Below, one piece after another: positions 37,143 to 43,821 of a stretch of 43,821 nucleotides of DNA. The notes beneath the pieces are model-generated. The model was given only the letters and a program-made list of their open reading frames with translations. It was not told the DNA's origin and made no database searches. The stretch is from Candidatus Micrarchaeaceae archaeon (GTDB lineage: Archaea; Micrarchaeota; Micrarchaeia; Micrarchaeales; CABMGC01), in NCBI GenBank assembly GCA_038873795.1, contig JAVZDR010000002.1:1-43821 (forward strand). Reading direction: 5' to 3'. Made by a program: the position numbers and the translations under genes. Each line of letters starts with the position of its first letter. Within the stretch, counting starts at the first letter, position 1.

Positions 37143-37491
37143 CATCCGCATTGCCTTTCTTGAGGCGCATCACCGCTTCAGCTATGTTGCCTCCCGCATC
37201 CACAAGTGCTCGCCTTGCAGCTTCATCGTCACTGATTCCAGCCTGCTCCTCCACAAACTTTATGTCAGCATCGCTTATCTCAGCTTCAATGGGCTTTATC
37301 TTTTCCTCAATCTCGCCGCTGATGTTGAATACCTTGACGCCCTGCGTATCCGTCAAGACAACCTCTGGGTTAGTTATAATTATATCTTTATCGGCGCCTT
37401 CAATGACAACCCTGGTTGCAGCAATCTCCTCGCTCTTTATGCCAAGCTCCTTCATCATGTTTTTGATTTCCCTCAGGTCGAATCCCTTCAT
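37129..37491 (-). CDS. nac: Nascent polypeptide-associated complex protein
   Basis: MM..LGI..EEI.A.RV.I, NP.V, UBA-like DI.FV..QAG...ARRAL..GGNIAEA; GAGGTGA-4nt-ATG. Confidence 0.93.
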   Translation of the reverse strand: MKGFDLREIKNMMKELGIKSEEIAATRVVIEGADKDIIITNPEVVLTDTQGVKVFNISGEIEEKIKPIEAEISDADIKFVEEQAGISDDEAARRALVDAGGNIAEAVMRLKKGNADANTL

Positions 37492-37755
37492 CAAATCACC
37501 TCGCAATGAAGCCCATGCGTGAGCATGAAATTGCAACTATAAATATGCTGTTGCAAATAGTGCTGAGCACCCTCTTCGGATGCAGATATAGGGTATGAGG
37601 TTGCAGCGCAAAATCGTTGCTGGGGCTGAAGACCCATCTTCCAGATTTCCAATAGGGAAGGCCTTGTAAAGCCCCTCTGTGCCAGGTGAAGCTGTTTGCG
37701 AAACGTTGCTATGCAACATGCCAACCAATTGATGGAAAGCCACCTCTAATGCCAT

Positions 37756-39342
37756 TTAGTGCCTCTGAAATATCAGGTATAATACAACCACAATTATTAA
37801 AATGCAGAAATATAGGCTTATCATCACAGCAGCTTCCAGCAGCTCTCCATGCGCTATGCCACTTTGTTGTACGGCTTTTCCAGGACTGACTGGCGCTACG
37901 GTTGTTGTGGTTGTATTCACACTTGCAATCGAGCCGTTAATGGCTACATAGTCGTTGGCGTATCCCACAAATCTTACCCTATTCAGTAAAATGTTTGAAA
38001 AATTTGCAACTATTGCAGTTTGGTTTGCAGCGTTTGCCATGAATGTGTCATTGTAAAGGTATACAGAGGAGCCATACGCATAAAGTGCTCTACCGTAGCC
38101 TATGCAATTTTCTATAGTGACGTTCCTTGCATTATTGCCCACTTCAAAGTCGTAGCCTGTGGCATTGATGCTCCCACCCATGCAGTTTACAGTCACATTA
38201 GAGGCATAAACCTTGGCTCCGATATAGCAGGGGGTGTCATTAAACCAGAAGACATTAACGTTCCTGAGCGAATTGTATGCGAATGGGTAGTAACCTCTTT
38301 CAACTATGCCTGGGTTGTTGTCAGCGCAGTAGCTGAGGCCCACAGAATACTCTATTGTCGTGGAATTCTCATGCTCATATGGCGTGTCAAGTAGCAGTAT
38401 GTTCTGGTAAAAACCAGGTTTGACCCTGCCAGCATTGTAGCTTAGAGTGCCGTTGGTGAGGTTGTAGAAGGTTGCAGCAAGCGTATTGTTTGGGTCGCAT
38501 TGCCAGCCATTGAGCAGCCTGAATTTGGAGTACCGTGTATAGTTGTGGAAGATTATGGTAAAGTTTATCGTCATGTTTTTGTTTGCCGGGAAGACCTCAT
38601 AAGGGTAGATCTGTGGCTTGATATATGTTGGGAGGAACGTCGAAGGTGATGTCGCGTTGAAGTATGTGTAGGATACCATGTCGTATCCTAAATAAGGCGA
38701 GTAGAGCAGATACGGGTCGAAGTTTATGATCCTGTTTTTGTAGATCTGCTTAGCCTCAGCCGCAAAGTAGCTCGAGCCGTTGCTGCCTGTGTCAGGATAG
38801 TATATTCCAAACCTTGGCAAGGTATAGTTGGCCAATGCTGCACAGCTCTCCAGGTAGGGCTTTGTCGTTGCCATAGATATTAGGTTGCACGGCATGTCAG
38901 CAAGGGCCTTTGGCATTATCTGTATGAACCTTGCAACAGAAAAGCTCTTATTCGCATATACCAGCAGGTGCATGAAGTTGCCCAGCCCTATATTAGATTC
39001 ATTGTCTGAAAATGCAAGAGTATATGCGCCACTGACGTTTATCAGGTTGTTCTGCGCGTCGCGCATGCTCGATATCACGCCGTTTATGCTGCAGTTGACT
39101 ATGGTATTGTTGTACGTGTCATTGCCGAATATTACCGCAATACCTGAGCTTATGCTGTGGCCGTTGCAGTCAACTAGATTGTTAGTGGCATTGCTTGCAA
39201 ATACAAGCACCGGGCCAATTGACGAGACATTGGAGTTTATTGAAAATGTGGCATTAGAACCGCTAATCGTATACTGCTCCGCGCCTGCTATCCCTAAAAG
39301 TAGCAAAATAAAAAACACCGTGGAATGCATATGCTTGGCCAA
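37756..39342 (-). CDS. Secreted surface protein with beta-helix-like segments and C-terminal TM anchor
   Basis: Signal peptide; VDCNGHSI and VNCMGGSI-type beta-helix starts, NVTIENC; poly-Thr linker followed by a TM helix. Confidence 0.75.
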   Translation of the reverse strand: MAKHMHSTVFFILLLLGIAGAEQYTISGSNATFSINSNVSSIGPVLVFASNATNNLVDCNGHSISSGIAVIFGNDTYNNTIVNCSINGVISSMRDAQNNLINVSGAYTLAFSDNESNIGLGNFMHLLVYANKSFSVARFIQIMPKALADMPCNLISMATTKPYLESCAALANYTLPRFGIYYPDTGSNGSSYFAAEAKQIYKNRIINFDPYLLYSPYLGYDMVSYTYFNATSPSTFLPTYIKPQIYPYEVFPANKNMTINFTIIFHNYTRYSKFRLLNGWQCDPNNTLAATFYNLTNGTLSYNAGRVKPGFYQNILLLDTPYEHENSTTIEYSVGLSYCADNNPGIVERGYYPFAYNSLRNVNVFWFNDTPCYIGAKVYASNVTVNCMGGSINATGYDFEVGNNARNVTIENCIGYGRALYAYGSSVYLYNDTFMANAANQTAIVANFSNILLNRVRFVGYANDYVAINGSIASVNTTTTTVAPVSPGKAVQQSGIAHGELLEAAVMISLYFCILIIVVVLYLIFQRH

Positions 39343-39353
39343 CTAAACACCTT

Positions 39354-39425
39354 TGGACTTGGCGAGATTCGAACTCGCGACCTCCCGCTTGCAAAGCGGA
39401 CGCTCTGCCACTGAGCTACAAGCCC
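39354..39425 (-). tRNA. tRNA-Ala(TGC), CCA not encoded
   Basis: GGGCTTG/CAAGTCC acceptor stem with G3:U70; TCCGC-TTTGCAA-GCGGG anticodon arm; TTCGAAT T loop. Confidence 0.96.
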
Positions 39426-39503
39426 TCTATAACCCTTGTGTGCATATCTTTAAATAATTTTCTGATTAAATAAAATGAGATTTTGAGCCGTATAGGTGTT
39501 AAG

Positions 39504-39626
39504 ATGGTGAGTGTAGCAGAGGACGAAGACGAGGATGAATATGGTGAAGGCCTCGATGAAGAAGACGAAACAGATGAGTTCGGCGACGAAGAGGAGGATG
39601 AAAACGAGGAGGACGATGAAGAATAA
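39504..39626 (+). CDS. 40-aa hyper-acidic micro-protein (not in ORF track)
   Basis: GGTGT-4nt-ATG; MVSVAEDEDEDEYGEGLDEEDETDEFGDEEEDENEEDDEE; mixed synonymous codons; T-rich tract downstream. Confidence 0.75.
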   Translation: MVSVAEDEDEDEYGEGLDEEDETDEFGDEEEDENEEDDEE

Positions 39627-39644
39627 GATCCGCGGCTAAATTAT

Positions 39645-39660
39645 TTCTTTCTTTTATTTT
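39645..39660 (+). terminator. Putative oligo-T terminator
   Basis: TTTCTTTCTTTTATTTT shortly after the micro-protein stop. Confidence 0.45.
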
Positions 39661-39747
39661 ATACTGGATGCTTTAGTTTTCTGTAACGCTTATGCAGCCT
39701 ATCAATGTCGGTGCCGGAGCATCAGATAATAGTTCTCAACAGCGGCT

Positions 39748-39890
39748 TTTTTGGCCTCTTTCAGCGCCTTTTCCCACTCCTTGGCCTTGCTCAGGTATAA
39801 GCTAGAGTTTGCGTCTCTCAATTGCGGTTAACTTTTTGGCTTTTTTCAGCATCTTTTCCCACTCCTTGCTCTTGAGCAGGTATGTGCTAG
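39748..39890. repeat. Imperfect 58-bp direct repeat (39748-39805 and 39833-39890), 48/58 identical, 85-bp offset
   Basis: Manual alignment; both copies encode Y-L-x-K-x-K-E-W-E-K-x-L-K-x-A-K-K on the minus strand in different frames. Confidence 0.9.
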
Positions 39891-41034
39891 GGTTTATATT
39901 ATTTGCTGCATTTTCGTATTCTTTAACTAGGTCCTTCAGGAGAAGGTTGCTTTGTGCCACAAAATCAACGTTACTAATCTGCCCAGCTTTGTATGAATTA
40001 TTCAAATTGCTCAGTTTAGTAAGTATATTTGCGCCTACGTTTCCACCAGCCGCCTTATTTATATCGCTGAGCTTTGCCCTTATATCTTGTATAGCTGCAG
40101 ATTGTGCGTCTTCTAAACTTAGACCGCGCTTTCTTGCTTTTGAAGAAAGTAGCCATGCCACCTTAGCCTTTTCCATAGCAAGCCGTGCCTGAGGACTTGC
40201 CTGAGGGTAGGCATCCGCACCCTTCTGAAGTATCCTCATTGTTGCCTTTGCTGTTCCAAATCCTGCGCCTGCACCTGTAATGGATCTTACTGCATTATTC
40301 AATAGTCGCATATTCTCAATATTTGTCTTTGCCTGCTCATATGCAGGTGCCATATTCTTAAGATTCTTTTCTAGAGCATTCTTCCTTTCTATTACTCTCA
40401 TTAATTCCTTTTTCTCTGCTTTTAATTCTTTTTTCTCTTTAGTACTCTGCCACATAGTGTTTTTTTTCATTGCTATCTCTTGTTTGATCATGTTAATGTT
40501 TGCCTCATCGCGCACCACAGCCTGCCTTTGCTCTTTATAACGCCTTACCAACTCTGCATTTGAAGCCCACCTCCTCCTCCCGACCACCATGTTAATCATG
40601 CCCTGTGTAAGTTCCTTCGGTGGAGGTCCTGGCCGCGGACTTGAAGATCCTGGGGGTGCCGGCGGTGGTAGTTTAACCTGAAGTGGACTCATCGACTTTG
40701 CGTCAGCTATTTCAGCATTTGTTTCCTCTTTATTTTGCTTCCAGGTTTGCAAAGCGGAACGTGCTTTCTCTTTTGCCTTCTTTCCGGCTTTCTTCCCTAC
40801 ATCTTTCGCTTTAGCCATAGTCGTCTTACGGCCTATCTTGTAGACGTTCTTGCCTGCGAGCGTGCCCTTGCCATGAGTGCCTATCCCAAAGAGCACAGAA
40901 ATGCCGAAAAAGTCGAAGATGCTCATTCCGCGCATTGAGGCGCCTGCAGCGCCTATGAGAATTATTATTATGATTATGGGTATGAGCATGTTTATTGCTC
41001 CAACAGACAGCAACGCCAAGCCTAATCCCAGCAT
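39802..41034 (-). CDS. Membrane-anchored basic coiled-coil protein with Pro-rich linker
   Basis: Hydrophobic N-terminal ~50 aa, K-rich segment, PPPAPPGSSSPRPGPPP, coiled coil. Confidence 0.8.
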   Translation of the reverse strand: MLGLGLALLSVGAINMLIPIIIIIILIGAAGASMRGMSIFDFFGISVLFGIGTHGKGTLAGKNVYKIGRKTTMAKAKDVGKKAGKKAKEKARSALQTWKQNKEETNAEIADAKSMSPLQVKLPPPAPPGSSSPRPGPPPKELTQGMINMVVGRRRWASNAELVRRYKEQRQAVVRDEANINMIKQEIAMKKNTMWQSTKEKKELKAEKKELMRVIERKNALEKNLKNMAPAYEQAKTNIENMRLLNNAVRSITGAGAGFGTAKATMRILQKGADAYPQASPQARLAMEKAKVAWLLSSKARKRGLSLEDAQSAAIQDIRAKLSDINKAAGGNVGANILTKLSNLNNSYKAGQISNVDFVAQSNLLLKDLVKEYENAANNINPSTYLLKSKEWEKMLKKAKKLTAIERRKL

Positions 41035-41083
41035 AGCTATCAGTTATAATTAAGCATTTCCTAATATAAAAAGCTATCTAAAA

Positions 41084-43821
41084 TCAGCGTTTTTGCCTCA
41101 TCTTCCTGGCAATTGCAGCCACTGCAAGCAGCCCCGCAACAAGCGCAATGCCGAGAAGCGCATCAAGGTTGCCGAAGCTCAGCTCCGCAAGGCCAATGTC
41201 TACGCTCGTTGACGTCTCATTCGGCGACCATGTGTAGTTTATTGCTGTAAACGTGAACTCGCTAGGTAATGACTGCGATGCAGCGGTGAGCGTGTTTGCG
41301 GATAGTGCAAGCCCTGGCTGCGTCACTGTTATGGGCTCTATGGGCTCGCCGTAGAATTTTGCTATTATTGGCACACCTTGCTCTATGCCACATGCAACAA
41401 TTGTGTTTAATGTGAAGTAACCGAGGCTGTTTGTTGTGGCAATACCCATTAGCCCAAGTTGCGGCGTGCAAATGCCTGTGCCATTCGAATACAGCGGTAT
41501 GCAGTATTGGGTGTTGCCCAGTGCGCTGTTCGGGCAAGACTGCCGTATATTATCTGCGCCGTATATGTTGCACATTGTGTAAATAGAATTAATAGGTGCA
41601 AGCAGGCTTTTCGGCGGCATAGGGCATTCCCCACTAGAATTGTATGCTGGCGCGTACGTAATTGTGTTCGCGTTGTTTGTGAGCCCTTTCCACATGGGAT
41701 TTGCAAGCGTGCATTCTCCAGTCGCTATCGAATTAGGTGAGTACGTGCACAACGAGACATTTATCGCGTTGGAACTGACGCTTGTTCTGTTGTAGTTTAT
41801 GTCCTTTCCGTAATACAGGTAGATCGGAGCATTCTGCAGAGGCACAGTCTTCAGGCCATAAAGCAGATTGTAATAGGCGCGCCCAGTAATGGTTATCGTT
41901 GTCGAATTCGCATTAGTTATGCTCACATTCGGTGTAGCGCTCATATCCAAAGTGGTTATGTTTGCTATGTCTGCATCAATAGGCATGTAGAAAGTGTTAT
42001 TGAACCTGTCGTTGAAGACATATATGAGTCTGTTGTAGCCAAGCATGCTAGCAACACTCCAGTGATTGAAATAACTGTAAACTGTAGAAGCATTGATGTT
42101 GAGGATAAGGGGATTTGTGTATGTTATCGCCTTATACCAGTCGAAGAGGCTTACAAAAGTCGGTATTATATTCTGCTGCAGCGTGTATGAAAGTATGAAA
42201 GGCATAATTTGGTAGCCGCCATTGGGCGCGCTTGTGTACAAGGCGCTTGCATATGTGCTCACCATATCACTATGAGTAGCTGCTATGTATGCCTTAGCGC
42301 CGTATATCTGGTTTGTCGGCATGGTAGATATATACTCGTAGCCGAACTTTGCACCGTTAGGCATAGTGAATGTATTGCTGGTCACCGAATAGTTGAAGAC
42401 ATGAGTAGCGTTGGCTACATACTGTATGCTGTTGAATGCCGGCGAGCTCACGTTCACATACAAGTTGCCAAATATTCTATTGTTCTCTATATTGAAGGCT
42501 ACCTGAGGAGGTATAATTAAGCCAATGTCAGACAGGTTAGGCACATAGTATCTAGTACCGCCATTGTATTGGGCATAGGTGTAGCCGCCTTCCAGCAGCG
42601 CAGCCAGTAGGTTTGAGTGCGAAGGCTGACTTATTGTTGAATTGTAATAAGTTATTATATTGGATGAGTACTGGTTTGCTATTGCTGGGCAACCCGAGTC
42701 GCTAGTCTGGAAATTTGTCCAGCTCTGGGTCTCTATGACATTGTATGTATATGGCACAACAAGGTAGCCAACAATATTGCTCGTAAGGCTTGATTGCAAG
42801 CCTGTAAACGGGATTGCGCCGCCGAAGCTGCTCCCTAGATTGTTCACCGACGTCATTGTGTTAGCCCCCAAACTGCAGGCTATGCATATTGCACAGTTCT
42901 TTGTGTTGCTGTTGCACTGGCTGCAGCTCGTTATGGTGTTTGCTGAGCATGCTCCGGAACCGCTTATACCGCCGGTAGAAGCGGGCGACGAATAAAGCAA
43001 GCCGCTGAATGTCAGGACCCAGCTGGGCGTGCCTATGCTCTCAAGGTACTTGAAGGGGTCCGTGGCAGAGAATATGGGTCTGCTCATGTATTGCAGGGAG
43101 GGCAGTACCTTGCATGGGAGGTTGTAGGGGTTGCTGACCAGATAGCATGAGAAAGGTGAGAAACCTCCAAAAAGTTTTGTATAGTTTTCAACAGGCAGTT
43201 TTGTTGTAACAAGGAAAGGATAAAAGTACCTATATGCTGAAGACTGACTCTGGGACTGGGAAAATATAGAATTAGTACTAGGTATAAGTATGTATATTGT
43301 GTTATTGTAGTTTGCCGAGAACCCAACGCCACTCAACAAGTAGCTGTAGTCGAACCTCAGGTGGCCGCTTGGCTGCGTAGAAAGGCTTATAGAAGAAACA
43401 TTTGCCAGGTTGTACAGGGCTTTGCCTGACGAGGTTTCGCCTGTCTGGTTCGCAAAATTGAGTAGCGGACCAATTGGAGGGAAGCCCCCATGATAATTGC
43501 TAGGCTGACCCATGATCGAAAATGATTCAAAAACCGGGTTTGAATTTAATAGTCTTGTGTCGGAGCTGCACGGTGGCACGTCACCACTGCCTATGGGAGA
43601 GGGAGAGCATGAGAAATTTGCAGCAGCAACACTTGCTGAAAGAACCCAGCCATAAGGTGGATATTCGCCGCTGAGATTTAATGTGGAAGTCGCGTAGAAG
43701 GCATTAGTTGTTTCGGTAGGGCCGACGCATTCATAAGTGCTGCCTGGAGTGTAGCATATGTTTCGTGTCTGCGCATAGCATGATGCTGCTATCTTCTGGC
43801 ACTGCGCGTTTGCTTGCGTGA
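41084..43821 (-). CDS. Large Cys-rich surface glycoprotein with C-terminal TM and basic tail, 5'-partial
   Basis: Frame stays open from 43579 to the window end; S/T/N/Y-rich, many Cys and sequons; ends ...LLGIALVAGLLAVAAIARKMRQKR. Confidence 0.85.
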   Translation of the reverse strand, partial: TQANAQCQKIAASCYAQTRNICYTPGSTYECVGPTETTNAFYATSTLNLSGEYPPYGWVLSASVAAANFSCSPSPIGSGDVPPCSSDTRLLNSNPVFESFSIMGQPSNYHGGFPPIGPLLNFANQTGETSSGKALYNLANVSSISLSTQPSGHLRFDYSYLLSGVGFSANYNNTIYILIPSTNSIFSQSQSQSSAYRYFYPFLVTTKLPVENYTKLFGGFSPFSCYLVSNPYNLPCKVLPSLQYMSRPIFSATDPFKYLESIGTPSWVLTFSGLLYSSPASTGGISGSGACSANTITSCSQCNSNTKNCAICIACSLGANTMTSVNNLGSSFGGAIPFTGLQSSLTSNIVGYLVVPYTYNVIETQSWTNFQTSDSGCPAIANQYSSNIITYYNSTISQPSHSNLLAALLEGGYTYAQYNGGTRYYVPNLSDIGLIIPPQVAFNIENNRIFGNLYVNVSSPAFNSIQYVANATHVFNYSVTSNTFTMPNGAKFGYEYISTMPTNQIYGAKAYIAATHSDMVSTYASALYTSAPNGGYQIMPFILSYTLQQNIIPTFVSLFDWYKAITYTNPLILNINASTVYSYFNHWSVASMLGYNRLIYVFNDRFNNTFYMPIDADIANITTLDMSATPNVSITNANSTTITITGRAYYNLLYGLKTVPLQNAPIYLYYGKDINYNRTSVSSNAINVSLCTYSPNSIATGECTLANPMWKGLTNNANTITYAPAYNSSGECPMPPKSLLAPINSIYTMCNIYGADNIRQSCPNSALGNTQYCIPLYSNGTGICTPQLGLMGIATTNSLGYFTLNTIVACGIEQGVPIIAKFYGEPIEPITVTQPGLALSANTLTAASQSLPSEFTFTAINYTWSPNETSTSVDIGLAELSFGNLDALLGIALVAGLLAVAAIARKMRQKR

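Noticed and set aside
37640..37700. GCCAGG motif as SRP RNA helix 8, or RNase P RNA
   Set aside because: The GNRA-loop/AGCA half of helix 8 and the RNase P P4 consensus are absent
39748..39890. Repeat pair as DGR template/variable repeats or a CRISPR array
   Set aside because: Only two copies, mismatches are not confined to adenines, and no reverse transcriptase or cas genes are present
198..43332. Many antisense or nested ORFs in the track (e.g. 29413-30003, 30811-31386, 28037-28576)
   Set aside because: Shadow frames of well-supported genes with no independent motifs or SD sites
39354..43821. Integrated element at tRNA-Ala (or at tRNA-Val or tRNA-Ser)
   Set aside because: No integrase and no duplicated tRNA 3' end (att site) seen in the window

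Overview
Archaeal chromosome window of mostly housekeeping genes. Gene content, pilin style and non-canonical tRNA introns suggest a DPANN/Micrarchaeota-like organism (inference). It holds an information-processing cluster (rpoL; rps19e-PDCD5-rpl39e-rpl31e-eIF6-pfdA-ftsY; spt5-rpl11; fibrillarin; rtcB-archease; PIN-rpoE1-spt4; gltX; rnz; truncated Rqc2/NFACT; truD; NAC), ether-lipid genes (Tes/GDGT-MAS radical SAM and a divergent GGGP synthase), two class III signal peptide pilins, a divergent GT-C/GT2 glycosyltransferase pair, several Cys-rich surface proteins and three tRNAs. Main signals: (1) a nearly fixed 4-nt spacing between a GGTGA-like Shine-Dalgarno and the start codon points to CTG (x3), GCG (spt5) and ACG starts that the ORF track missed; (2) a hidden tRNA-Ser(CGA) with two non-canonical BHB/BHL introns (30/31 and 59/60) overlaps the end of truD in antisense; (3) an orphan wHTH-REC-degenerate GGDEF protein in an archaeon; (4) an unannotated 40-aa micro-protein with 27 Asp/Glu; (5) an out-of-frame duplicated C-terminal repeat; (6) apparent pseudo-enzymes or truncations (ProDH-like, Rqc2, HMA-like partner of Tes). 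All family calls come from motif recognition by eye; no database searches were run.
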